The notes under the pieces were generated by a model, which saw nothing but the letters and a program-made list of their open reading frames with translations, did no database searches and was not told the DNA's origin. DNA of 64,000 nt from Pristiophorus japonicus (lineage: Eukaryota): positions 146,940,001 through 147,004,000 of the forward strand of contig NC_091984.1 in assembly GCF_044704955.1 (NCBI RefSeq). The letters are read 5' to 3'. Both the position numbers and the translations under genes were made by a program. This document shows, piece by piece, positions 12,679-24,418 of this stretch (positions within the stretch are counted from its first letter, which is position 1; each line of letters begins with the position of its first letter).

Positions 12679-12790
12679 TTACCAGTAGGAAGGAGCCAGG
12701 TTTCCTGGTCTTTATTGGAGGGCCAATAAGTAGGAGCCATGTATGTTGGTCTCTTTTGGGGCACCAATAGGAAGGAGCTATAATTCCTGG
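12679..12790 (+). repeat. 41-bp minisatellite, block 2
   Basis: The same unit resumes right after the CR1 tail. Confidence 0.85.
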
Positions 12791-13520
12791 AGGGAAGGGA
12801 GGGAAGGGAGTGGTGGGGGGGAGAGGGAAGGGAGTGGTGGGGGGGAGAGGGAAGGGAGTGGGGGGGGGGAGAGGGAAGGGAGTGGTGGGGGGGAGAGGGA
12901 ATGGAGTGGGGGGGGGGAGAGGGAAGGGAGTGGGGGTGGGGAAGAGGGAAGGGAGTGGGGGTGGGGAAGAGGGAAGGGAGGGGGGGACGGCGAGGGGTGA
13001 GGGGTGAGGGGTGAGAGGGAGGGGGGAGAGGGAGGAGTGAGGGGAGGGAGGAAGGAGGGGAGGGAGGAGGGAGATGAGGGATGGGAGGGAGGAGGGATGG
13101 GAGGGAGAGGGGGAGAAAGGGAGGAGGGAGGGGGTAGAGGAGGGGAGGAGGGAGGGGGGAGAGGGGGTAGAGGGAGGAGGGAGGAGGGAGGGGGGAGAGG
13201 GAGGAGGGATGGAGGGGGGAGAGGGAGGGGGAGAGGGAGGAGGGAGGGGGGAGAGGGAGGAGGGGGGGAGGGGGGAGAGGGAGGGGGTGAGAGGGAGGGG
13301 ATGAGAGGGAGGGGGAGAGGGATGAGGGAGGGGGGAGAGGGAGGAGAGGGGGAGAGGGAGGTGGGAGGGGGGGAAGTGGGAGGAGGGATGGAGGGGGGGA
13401 GAGAGGGAGGAGGGGGGGAGAGAGGGAGGAGGGAGGAGGGGGGAGAGAGGGATGAGGGGGGGAGAGGAAGGAGGGAGTGGGGGAGAGGGAGGAGGGAGGG
13501 GGAGGGGGGGAGTGGGAGGC
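12791..13520 (+). repeat. GA-rich polypurine low-complexity tract
   Basis: Almost only G and A; ~21-bp units GGGGGGGAGAGGGAAGGGAGT at the start. Confidence 0.9.
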
Positions 13521-13786
13521 CCGTACGTGAGGGCGTGGCGTGAAGTTCGGGCCCAAACCCGTTGATGGAGTGGCTCGAGGCTCACAGCCGTTGAGATCAC
13601 CGGGAATTGGTCGGAGAAGCTGAGTTGGCCAATGGGGAGTGAGAAATGAGAAGCGAGGGTCCAGCTGGATGGACATGGCAGCAGGCAGGTCGACCTGGAA
13701 GGTAGGCTAAGTATGGGGGATGGGCAGTGGGACCTTGCGCACGGGATTTTAGGGCTTTAGGGGTAGGTAAAATACTTTCACCGCAG

Positions 13787-15096
13787 TCAAGTCCACCAAA
13801 GGCCCAAGGCCCCACCCCACTGCTGGCCAAGAACAGGGAGACACTCATCAAGGACACCAAGGCAGTCAGGACTCACTGGAAGGAGCACTTTGAAGATCTC
13901 CTTAATTGAGACTCAGCCTTAGACACGAGTGTCCTCGACTCCATTCGCAGCATGCTACCCGCCACCTTCTCAGTAAAATCCCAGCCCTGCACGAGGTTGA
14001 AACATAGAAACATTGAAAATAGGTGCAGGAGTAGGCAATTTGGCCCTTTGAGCCTGCACAACCATTCAATAAGATCATGGCTGATCATTCACCTCAGTAT
14101 TCCTTTCCTGCTTTCTCTCCATACCCATTGATCCCTTTAGCTGTAAGGGCCATATCTAACACCCTCTTGAATATATCCAATGAACTGGTATCAACAACTC
14201 TCTGCGGCAGGGTATTCCACAGGTTAACAACTCTCTGAGTGAAGAAGTTTCTCCTCATCTCCGTCCTAAATGGCCTACCCCGTATCCTAAGACTGTGTCC
14301 CCTGGTTCTGGACTTCCTCAACATTGGGAACATTCTTCCCGCATCTAACCTGTCCCGTCCCGTCAGAATCTTATATGTTTCTATGAGATCTCCTCTCATC
14401 CTTCTAAACTCCAGTGTATAAAGTCCCAGTTGATCCAGTCTCTCCTCATATGTCAGCTCAAGAACAACAAGGCATCGGGAGCGGATGGAATCCCTGCTGA
14501 GGCATTAAAGTATGGCAGAGAGGCACTATTGGCACGAATGCATAACCTCACCTCTCTCATCTGGAGGGAGGAGAGCATGCTGGGAGATCTCCGAGTTGCA
14601 GTAATCGTGATCCATCTTTGAAAACGGGGACAAGTCCGACTGCGGCAACCGCAGAGGAATCTCCCTGTTATCAGCCACTGGGAAAGTCGTCGCTAGAATC
14701 TTCCTCAACCGTCTTCTCCCTGTGGCTGAGGAGCTCCTGCCGGAGTCACAATGCGGATTCCGTCCACTACCGGGTACAACATACATGATATTTACAGCGC
14801 AACAACTGCAAGAGAAAATCAAGGAACAGCACCAACCCTTGTACATGGCCTTCTTTGACCTTACAATGGCCTTTGACACTGTTAACCGCGAGGGTCTTTG
14901 GAGCGTCGTCCTCCGTTTCGGCTTCCCCCAAAAGTTTGTCGCCATTCTTGGCCTGCTCCACGATGACATGCAGGCCGTGATCCTGACCAATGGATCCATC
15001 ATAGATCCAATCCACGTCCGGACCGGGGTCAAGCAGGGTGCGTCATCGCGCAAACCCTCTTCTCGATCTTCCTCACTGCAATGCTCCACCTCACAC
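13787..15096 (+). mobile_element. RTE-clade LINE fragment, interrupted by a minus-strand CR1 3' end (~14000-14455)
   Basis: WKEHFEDLLN, KASGADGIPAE, LLPESQCGFRP, FFDLTMAFDTV and TGVKQG motifs. Confidence 0.85.
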
Positions 15097-15647
15097 TGTG
15101 GATATCTGAACGGAATATATGGAATTAAGGACAGTAAAGTAAACGGGATATATGAAAATGTATAAGCCATGGAAGAATAGCTGGGAGAATGTCAGATTGC
15201 AAATAGTGCAACATCAGCATAACTAACAGTCTTTCTCAAGGTTTCAAGTCACTAATCCTGCCAATAACATCTAATTGTAACATGAAATAAATCTGCAGAA
15301 TTGCAAGGTCTCAGTTAATAGTCACACCACTAGATTGAAACATTTAGAGGCAATGCTTGAGCTTTCATAAAAACATCTCATATAGATTGACTAATGAGTA
15401 GCTGAGTTAGAATGTCAATCTAATTGTATTTTGTTATCTGATTTCAAAACTGTATAACTGTTGACGCTTTATGATGTAACTTCACCTATCCGTAGGGAGT
15501 GTGTACGCTCTATCCAGAGAGTATATCTTCTGTCTGATAGGTCTTACTGGCCGGTAATAAAGATTGCTTTGTTCAAAGCACAAGAGGTATTCGATTCAGT
15601 AATTTTACTGAACCAGATTGAGGTAAAAGAATCCAGGAATTTACATT

Positions 15648-15665
15648 TGGTGTCAGAAGTGGGAT
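15648..15665 (+). promoter_or_regulatory. Primer binding site, tRNA-Leu
   Basis: TGGTGTCAGAAGTGGGAT, 2 nt after the 5' LTR. Confidence 0.9.
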
Positions 15666-17407
15666 CTCAATGGACGATTGCCGAAAACTTGCGAATTAAG
15701 AGCCAGACTAGCCTTGGACGAGACGAGGGGAAAGTGGCCACTGGAGTGAGTATGATTTCAATACTGCTCCAGTTTCGCCCGGTTTCAAAAGTCTGAGGAA
15801 AGTTTAGCCACTCGCTGGTTCTCAGGTAGTGTCTGAACGAGATCCAGGACAATCTGATGAATACCTTTCAAACGTAGAATAGGGATAGAGATAGGGAAAT
15901 TGCGCGATGACGCAAACCAAGCGGCGACTTGGAAAGATAGTTAGAGCTAGATAGGGATAGATGATCAATCATGGATCCAAAAATGAATAGGAAAGAAAAG
16001 AGACTCTTGTGAATGTCTGTTTAAATGAGAAATGCTTCTGTGATTTTTACTGTAAAAAAAAAGCTGGGGAGTTGTGGTTTGTTTTATCTCAAACAGAATG
16101 AAAGTTTGTTTTAACCCTTCATAGTGTTGTCCTGTATGTGGGAAGTTTAAGAGTGTGAACCTTACTAAAATACTTATATTCGGATGATAAGTTACGGAGC
16201 CAGGAAATGCACAAAGGATAGGTTTGTTAAAAAAAAAAAGAAAAAATGACATGGTCCCGGTGGTTAAAAAAAAAGAAAAACTTGTTGAAAGAAAACATTC
16301 AGAGAAGGCACAGCAAAACAACTGAGATGGATTCAAAAGGATTCAAAAAAAAATTATATTAAATAACACGACCTTGAGGCTGGAACAATTGAGATAACGA
16401 AAAGCAGTCCACAGCCTTTGTGCCAGACTTCTCTCTAGTCATGGAAAAAAAAGTAACGTACTAAATAGGTGCTGAAAGAAAAAAATGTTCTGAGATTTTA
16501 AATTATGGAAAAAATTCCACTGCAGTAAAAAAAAATACAATCACTCCTGTCCAGTTGGCAGAAAAACTCCATTAAATTAGGGCTTTCATTGACTGATTGA
16601 ATTTAAACTGCGCAGTAACGCGAAAGGATAGGGAAATTTGGAAACTGAAAGAAATTAATTGAGGCTCATAAGAAATCAAAATTAGAAAATTAGGCTCACA
16701 GGGAATAAAATGGGGATTTAAATAGAGGATAGGTGTTCAATTCAGGTACGACGTCGACCTTGTATATCACTTGACCCGTCGAGGCTCTGATTGAATTTAA
16801 AAACCCACAGCAACTCGGAAGGTAGGGCCGACGCGAACGTGCAGCGGTGCAAACGACGCGAACGTGCAGCGACACTAATGCGTAGTGACGCAAACGCGCA
16901 GTGACGCAGACGCGCAGTGACGCCGACGCGTAGTGAAGCAGAGGCGCAGCAACGCGAATCGCGAAAGTCAGTGCTAATGTCAGTAAGTCTTTGTAAGTCT
17001 TAAGTGTTTAGAGTTTTAAGTATTTAAATCGCGCGGCGATGCGAACCGCGCGGCGACGCGGGTAAGTGTTAGAAGTCCTTGTTTATCTTTTAAAGTTTTA
17101 AGTATCTTAACTCACGCGGCGACGTGAGCCACGGGTCGACGCGGATTGCGTGGCAACGTGTACTGCGAGGAAATGCGGATTGTGCGGCGACGTGAACTGC
17201 GGGGTGACGTGGGAGTTTTAAGAATCGCGCGGCGACACGAACCGCGCGGCGACGTGGCTAAGTGTTAGCATTAGTAAAGTTTGTTTATTTGGAGTTAGTT
17301 AAAGTCAGTGTTAGTTTCTGTAAAGTCTGTGTCTATTTTTAAGTTTGTTTAAATTGCACGACGACACGAACGCGTAACGACACGGTAATACGCGAGGCAG
17401 TGTGAAA

Positions 17408-18740
17408 ATGGGTAATCAGTTGGATAAAACAACGGATGCGGATAGTCCGCTACAAAAGCTATGTGAGGAATTCCCTGAAAGAGCTGAAGACTTTAGAAAA
17501 TTATCAGGAGCCCTAAACAAATTATTGGGAGATGATCAATGGCCTCTAGGTGGCACTAGAAGCATAGAGGTAGTAAAAAAATAAGCACAGGGATTGTTAA
17601 AAAAAAAATTAATTAAAAGATGCATCACTTCTGTCAAGTTGGCAAACAAATGCTATTAAATTAGGACTTGCATTGACAGAGGGAACACATTTTAAAACTG
17701 TAGACGTCTTTAAAAAAAAAAGAATGTGCGCACGAGAAACTTACTAAGAGATCCTCTGGGACCTCTGAGAAAGGTATTGACCAACTACGTAGCAAAAATG
17801 GCTGGCTTTGTGTTAACCGAGGCTGATGATGAAATTGATGAGTGACCACTGACTCAGCGCCCAACGGCGCCTCCCGCACCCCCTGGCCTCTTGCTCCAGT
17901 CCTCTTCCCAACACCCTCCACCTAACACTCCGGTAAAAAGAGTTAGGAACAACCCCATATCACCAAAGCAACAAACCCAAACTGACTCCTCATCCTCTGA
18001 TAGCGATTCGGATCCCCAGTTTACAAGCAATATAGCCGAAAAAACCAGATCTCATACTCGAAAGGGCAGAACTATATCTCGACATCACAGACAGTCCCGT
18101 AAATCTTCTAGTCAATCTACCAGTCCAAGTTGTGAAAGACATAGCAAACACCCCCGCCGATCAAGACGCAGAACTGTCAAGCAGTCAGACAGCTCCGAAA
18201 CATCCTCCGACCTAGAAATGATTTCCAAGATCCCAAAGTCCCGACACCAATTCCCTGTCAGACCAATGCCAAACCCTGATGCACAACAAGCTGCAGACCA
18301 CCCCACTATCCGGACAAATGGAGAGGACAGTTAGATATTATTGGCAGGAAAAGAAAAGGGAGGGGGGAGGTGCGCCCCCAACCCGGGTCAAGACTGAATA
18401 CGTGACTAGAAAGGAAGAGCCATCTCGGGAGGAAGGATCAATAGAACCGTAGTGTTGCATACAGGATTGGATGGATAAGCAAGGATACGGTTATACTAAA
18501 CAACCAAACGGCCCGAGCCCTGCTAATAAACCTCCCTATTGTCCCCGGCATGGTATGGGAAGAGGCCGGGACTGGGTAAGAGGAATTGACTGTTTTAATT
18601 GTGGGCAGGAAGGACATTGGAATAAAAATTGCCCCTACCGTCAGCATGGAAAAGGAAGAGGAGGGGGGCAAGGGGGGAGAGGAGGACCTTACACTAACTT
18701 CTCCCAGAACAACCCATTTGGTCAATTGTCCCCCGATTGA
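17408..18740 (+). pseudogene. gag: ERV B gag, with frameshifts and capsid largely missing
   Basis: MGNQ myristoylation-type start, WPLGGT matrix motif, CCHC knuckle CFNCGQEGHWNKNC. Confidence 0.85.
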
Positions 18741-21140
18741 CTACGCAGCTTGATTGTGCAGGGATCCTCCCCGGACGACGAACCCATTCTGAATGAGTGG
18801 CAACCCTTTTTGATAGATACGGGAGCCTTCTTGTCTTCTGTACAATCAAAGCTTAAACTCCCTGCCTCTACTGAAACACAGGAACTTTCAGGATTCCTGG
18901 GACAAATCTCGACATTCCCAGTGTCAGAACCGGTTAAAATGGGTTACCAGGAAGAATCGGTGGAACATCGAGTTGTTATCACAACCAATCTGGACTGTAA
19001 CTTGATGGCTAGAGACCTCCTCTGCAAATTCCAGTTGCATTTGAAGTGTGGAGATGATGGGATTATTGTAAAACAGGAAACCCTTAAGCGGCAGTATTAT
19101 ACCACTAGAACCCCTCAGTGGTGGTCTCTGGACCTGCCGCAGGCACCCTATCACGTGACCCTAGCATACGATCCCAGTGGAAAGAATCGGGACCTGCAGA
19201 ACTTTTATCAGGATCACGAAGGGGAAGTGAAGGGAATTCTATTAAGGGCTAGAGTGATTGGACTGGAAAGAGAGGCAGATTTTGTGGAAGTGGATAAGAA
19301 TCTGTGGAAACAGCCCCTAACAATGGCACCGCATATTGCTCGTGAAGTATTAGCCCCTCACCATGCTAAAGATTTGGGAGTTATGGTACGCAAGGCCATA
19401 GATGAGGCTGACCCGACCAGCCGGGATGTGCAAATTTCATGGGGACCCCGAGAAGGTCTTAACGACTCTACAGCATCATACTGGCTCGGACATACCTGAC
19501 TATGTGGATCCTCATGTGTGGGCAGAGAACCCCTCCCAAGTGGGTTATACTCCCATTGATCCGATTGAGATCCCAGTGCAGGGCAATGTGGACTGGCCCT
19601 CTATCCGACAGAACCCACTGAAATCACAGGCAATCCTAAACTAACCTTTCGGCACTGTACTGTAATTAATCCGGCCTGTTTTCTTACTGAGCCACCCCAA
19701 GATGAGGAAGAACCCAGTCATGATTGCTTATCTTTAATTTAAGAGGCCACATCAGTCAGGGAAGATTTAGTTGATGTACCAATGGAAGATCCAGACTGTA
19801 TTCTTACTGAACCAACCCAAGATGAGGAAGAACCCAGTCATGATTGTTTATGTATGTTGACGGAAGTACTTCTATTAATCCAGAAGATACACGAATCTCA
19901 GGATACGCCATAGTAAACCAGGAAAATCAGGTCTTGGAATCTGCCGCTTTTGAAACCGCCTATTCTGCTCAACAAGCTGAACTATTCGCCCTCACCCAAG
20001 CCTGTATCTTGGCCAAAGATCTCAAAGTCAATATCTATACCGACTCTAGGTATGCCTTTGGGGTGGCCCATGATTTCGGACAATTATGAAAAAATAGGGG
20101 ATTCCTAACCTCACAGGGGAATGAGATATCTCATAAACAGTTAGTATCTGATTTGTTACAAGCCCTCATGTTCCCCAAACGCATTGCCATTGTCAAATGT
20201 ACCGCCCATACTACCGGAAATTCTCTGGTTGATATAGGGAATCGTTGTCCTGACCAAGAGGCCAAACAGGCCTCTCGTGACCAACAGATGGTAGTGCCCA
20301 AAATTATGAGTCAGACTAAAAATCCTGCGAAGGATAAGTTAGCCTCGGAAAAACCAATGCCAACCATCCAAGATGTTATAAAAGCACAGGAGGACGTTCC
20401 TGAAAAAGATAAACTGTTGTGGAAATATTATGCATGTACTTATGACAATGTTTCTAAACTCTGGACCACTCCCGCGGAACAGACTTGCATGTCTGACAAG
20501 TTGGCTCTGAGTTATTGAATGTATGCATTTTGCTACTCATTGTGGAGCAAGGACCACGAGTGACACACTTTTGGCTACTTGGGGGCACCCTAGACTCCAG
20601 GCGCTCACCCAGAACATCAGTAGTCGTTGCCTGGTTGGCCAGCAACATAATCCAGGGAAGGGAGTCCCCTGTGATTGGGGTAAAAAGCCCCTACCCGAAG
20701 GTCCCTTTGAGACATTTCAGTTGGACTACATTGAGTTGCAAAAAGTTCAGTGTTACAAATATGTGTTAGTAATAGTAGATGTGTTTAGCAGATGGATTGA
20801 AGCCTACCCTAACCTGGACAATAAGACTCAGACTGTTGTTAAGGTGTTAATGAGGGAAATTGTTCCTAGATATGAGATCTCAGCTAGACTGTTGACCACC
20901 TATGTTCTTTCTCTGACTCAGGCTCTGCGACTAGTTCACAACCAGGTTCAAGATGCTCACCTCGACCTCCCAGTTTTACCCGAATTGTCCCTCGTGGCAC
21001 CAGGGAAGTATGGATTCGGAAGGGATTAGAGCCACAATGGGAGGGTCCTTTTCAGGTGTCACTCACTACCCCCACTGCAGCCAAGGTAGAGGGGAAAAGT
21101 GCCTGGGTTCACCTGCACCACTGCAAGCTCATCACCATTT
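18741..21140 (+). pseudogene. pol: ERV B pro-pol remnant: protease, 2H-like insert, RT nearly all deleted, RNase H, partial integrase
   Basis: FLIDTGA; YVDGS...AQQAEL...IYTDSRYAFGVAH; LVIVDVFSRWIEAYP. No LPQG or YxDD found. Confidence 0.9.
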
Positions 21141-21337
21141 AAACAAATTTTGCTGGTTAGTCTAATTCCTGTTTCTGTTCCAGATCTCCTCTTCCCCATA
21201 GCTGAACAAGGCAGTTGAAGGAGGATCAGTTTGAACTTTTACCCGTAAGACAGCCAAATACACTGACGGAGACCTGAAGAAGGGAAACGGGAAAACAGAA
21301 CTCTTTTTATCAGCTAAATAATTGGACTATTTATAAG

Positions 21338-22076
21338 ATGAGACTGTGTCTGTATGCCACTGTCTGCATAATAGTGTTGTTATATGACAGTTTTGGCGCA
21401 CGGGAAGGAAGACAAAGGCGAGAGCTCCATGTAAACACCTTTTTGTATATATCTTACGTTTATGTGGAAAAAGGGCACTTCACTAGATGCTGGGTGTGTT
21501 CACATATCCCTATACATTCCAAAGGGGGAATTCCTTTGCGCACCGTTCCACTGACCCTAACTGAAACTGTTAGATGGATTCAAAGAAACGATATTGGAAC
21601 AGGTAGCTAACCGCACTGCTGAGGCTCTGGAGGGCATCACAGCTGAAATGGTAGTGATAAGGACCATAGCATTACAAAACCGAATGGCCCTCGATTACCT
21701 GTTAGCTGAGAAAGGGGGAACGTGTGCCCTGATAGGATCTGAATGTTGCACTTACATTCCTGATAGTTCAGAAAACATAACCCACCTTGCCGATCACATA
21801 AGGAGGGAGGTGAAGAAGTTATCCACACCAGCAAAAGAACTTAGCAGGTTTGATTGGTTTCTGGGTGGATCTTGGAGATCCTATCTAATAATAATTACCT
21901 GCTGTTTGATTGTTGGTTGCCTTAACCTCTGCTGTAAAGTAATGATGACAAGGTTAGCAGACCCTCTTGTGGTCAAGGGTTCCCGGGTTATGATCCAACA
22001 AACTAGAGAACTACTCAACAATAATATGATTCTGGAAAAGGAGTGTGAACGGATGAATGCAATACTCCAAGAATGA
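21338..22076 (+). pseudogene. env: ERV B gamma-type env, most of SU and the fusion peptide deleted
   Basis: Acceptor at 21183, signal peptide, CWVC motif, then ISD LQNRMALDYLL and CX6CC (CALIGSECC), and a TM segment. Confidence 0.92.
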
Positions 22077-22664
22077 TCCTAAATGTTATCATAGAATGAT
22101 AAAAGGAGGGATGTGGATATCTGAACGGAACATATGGAATTAAGGACAGTAAAGTAAACAGAATATATGAAAATGTATAAGCCATGGAAGAATAGCTGGG
22201 AGAATGTCAGATTGCAAATAGTGCAACATCAGCATAGCTAACAGTCTTTCTCAAGGTTTCAAGTCACTAATCCTGCCAATAACATCTAATTGTAACATGA
22301 AATAAATCTGCAGAATTGCAAGGTCTCAGTTAATAGTCACACCACTAGATTGAAACATTTAGAGGCAATGCTTGAGCTTTCATAAAAACATCTCATATAG
22401 ATTGACTAATGAGTAGCTGAGTTAGAATGTCAATCTAATTGTATTTTGTTATCTGATTTCAAAACTGTATAACTGTTGACGCTTTATGATGTAACTTCAC
22501 CTATCCGTAGGGAGTGTGTACGCTCTATCCAGAGAGTATATCTTCTGTCTGATAGGTCTTACTGGCCGGTAATAAAGATTGCTTTGTTCAAAGCACAAGA
22601 GGTATTCGACTCAGTAATTTTACTGAACCAGATTGAGGTAAAAGAATCCAGGAATTTACAACAC

Positions 22665-22950
22665 TATTGGAGGACCAATCGGAAGGAGCCATGTTTCCTG
22701 ATCCATATTGAGGGGCCATGTTTTGTGGTCCCTACTGGAGGGCCAATAGGAAGGAGCAATGCTTCCTGGGCCCTATTGGAGGACCAACAGGAATGAGCCA
22801 TGTATTTTGGTCCATATTGGGGAACCAATAGGAAGGATCCATGTTTCCCGGTTCCTATTGGGGGACCAATAGGAGGGAGCCATATTTCCTGGGCCCGATT
22901 GGAGGACCAATAGGAAGGAGCCATGTTTCCTAGTCCCTATTGGGGGTCCA
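22665..22950 (+). repeat. 41-bp minisatellite, block 3
   Basis: The same unit, about 7 copies, immediately after the ERV B TSD. Confidence 0.9.
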
Positions 22951-23594
22951 TGGTCGACGTAGAGTGCAGACCCTTCCTGTTGTAAATGTGGGATCGTTGG
23001 CACCTGATCCCAGTAAAAACACCATGAGCGGGAGCGGGGCCGGGGCGGGGGAAGGGGGAAGGGGGGAGAGGGGGGGAAGGGGGGAGAGGAGGGGAAAGGG
23101 AGAGGTTCTGAGCGGACAGCGTGGGGGAGTGGGTCAGACCCTGTCCTGTCGCTCCAGCTCACACTGATGGGGTGAGTATCTCCTCCCTCTGCTGGGCCTT
23201 CATGAAATGGGCGTTCTGTCCAAACCGGTCCCCACTGAGAATAGGCCCACAGCACAGAACGGCTCTTAATTGAGCAATAAACAGCCAGGGTACTGAGAGA
23301 GGCCAAGGGATGGCCATTGTGGGGAATAGGCCCTTACTCCAGGAGAAGGCATGGTCTAGGGTCAAGGGTTAATTGGTGGGGCAGGGCACAGGGAGGTTTA
23401 CTCTGCATTTCAGTGTGCTGCACCTGGGAGTCTGTGGGGGAGGGACAGGGAGCGAGAGAGAAGCTGTGAGTCAGAGAGGTGTAGAGGGAAGCTTTGAGAC
23501 AGAGGGCGATGAAGGCTGAGACAGACAGACAGAGAGAGGGAGATGGAGGGAGAGGGACTGCGGGAGGTAGAGAAGAGGAGGAAGTGAAATGTGC

Positions 23595-23674
23595 TGACGT
23601 GGCTTTTTCTGGGTGAAGACATTTACATACTGAGGGATGGGCAGTGAGACTCTCACAGGCTGCAGGTTTATAAA
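23595..23674 (+). promoter_or_regulatory. Ig light-chain promoter: CRE-like TGACGT, variant octamer ATTTACAT, TATA box
   Basis: TGACGT 23595-23600; ATTTACAT 23621-23628 (one mismatch to ATTTGCAT, light-chain orientation); TTTATAAA 23667-23674; ATG at 23734. Confidence 0.7.
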
Positions 23675-23733
23675 GCAGGGCCCAGTGAAGGGCAGTTTAT
23701 CAGTAAGCAGGCACAGGGACTGGAGCAGACACT

Positions 23734-23782
23734 ATGATTTCACCCATCCAGCTGATCTGGCCTCTGGCATTCTGCGTCGCAG
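23734..23782 (+). CDS. Ig kappa-type light-chain leader exon (MISPIQLIWPLAFCVA/G)
   Basis: 49-nt phase-1 exon ending AG|GTACC; hydrophobic signal typical of shark NS4/kappa leaders. Confidence 0.92.
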
Positions 23783-23969
23783 GTACCAATCTCTCTCCTT
23801 CCACGTTTAATATCTCCCTGCTATCGATTTCTGTCCAACTCTACTGACCAGTGATTGAAGGGCAAATGCTGACACTAGAGGAGAGCTCAGTGTCTCGAGC
23901 AATCTCTCATTTTACAGCGTCTTTCTGTGACAGTGTTTACTTCACTTTCTTTCCCCATTTCGCCCTCAG

Positions 23970-24297
23970 GTATCAGTGGGGACATCATCATGACCCAGGC
24001 TCCCCCGGTGCTGTCAGTGAGTGAGGGACAGACTGCAACCATCACCTGTACTGCCAGTGCATCCGTTAGCAATTATGTTGCTTGGTACCAGCAGAAAGCT
24101 AGGCAGAAACCCACTCTGCTGATCTATGCAGCAACATCACTTTTCACTGGAACCGCCAATCGCTTCACCGGCAGTTACCAGTCCAACACGTTCACCCTGA
24201 GCATCAGCAACGTGAAGAGCGAGGATGTCGCAGACTATTACTGTCAGCAATCTGAGAGCTACCCTCACGTTCGGTAAAGGAACCAAGCTCAGATTGA
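23970..24297 (+). pseudogene. IGK: Pre-joined V-J exon of a kappa (NS4/type III) light chain, junction out of frame
   Basis: Polypyrimidine-CAG acceptor at 23969; DIIMTQ...TITC...WYQQ...LLIY...EDVADYYCQQSESYP; then one extra C (24266) and J ACG TTC GGT AAA GGA ACC AAG CTC AGA TTG (TFGKGTKLRL), donor A|GTAAGT at 24298. The V frame hits TAA at 24275. Confidence 0.92.
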
Positions 24298-24418
24298 GTA
24301 AGTAAACCCTGATGTTCCGTTATTAACACTTTAAATACTGAATTTTTTAAAGTGACAAATGCTGAATATGTGAAGGTGTTAGTTTACATATGATTACACT
24401 CGATCTTACCGTCTTTCC

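Larger units (their letters stand above)
15097..22660 (+). mobile_element. ERV B: class I (epsilon-like) provirus with multiple internal deletions
   Basis: 549-bp LTRs at 15097-15645 and 22112-22660 (about five substitutions by eye), 4-bp TSD ACAC, PBS, PPT AAAAGGAGGGA, gag/pro/RH/IN/env remnants. Confidence 0.95.

Noticed and set aside
12660-13676. Long Pro-rich and Gly/Glu-rich ORFs
   Set aside because: Artefacts of the GA low-complexity tract.
24263-24275. CAC after the V end as an RSS heptamer
   Set aside because: The sequence is CACGTTC, which is J coding sequence; no CACAGTG or nonamer.
23927-24277. 116-aa ORF as the real protein start
   Set aside because: It begins at an intronic GTG; the true start is the leader exon at 23734.
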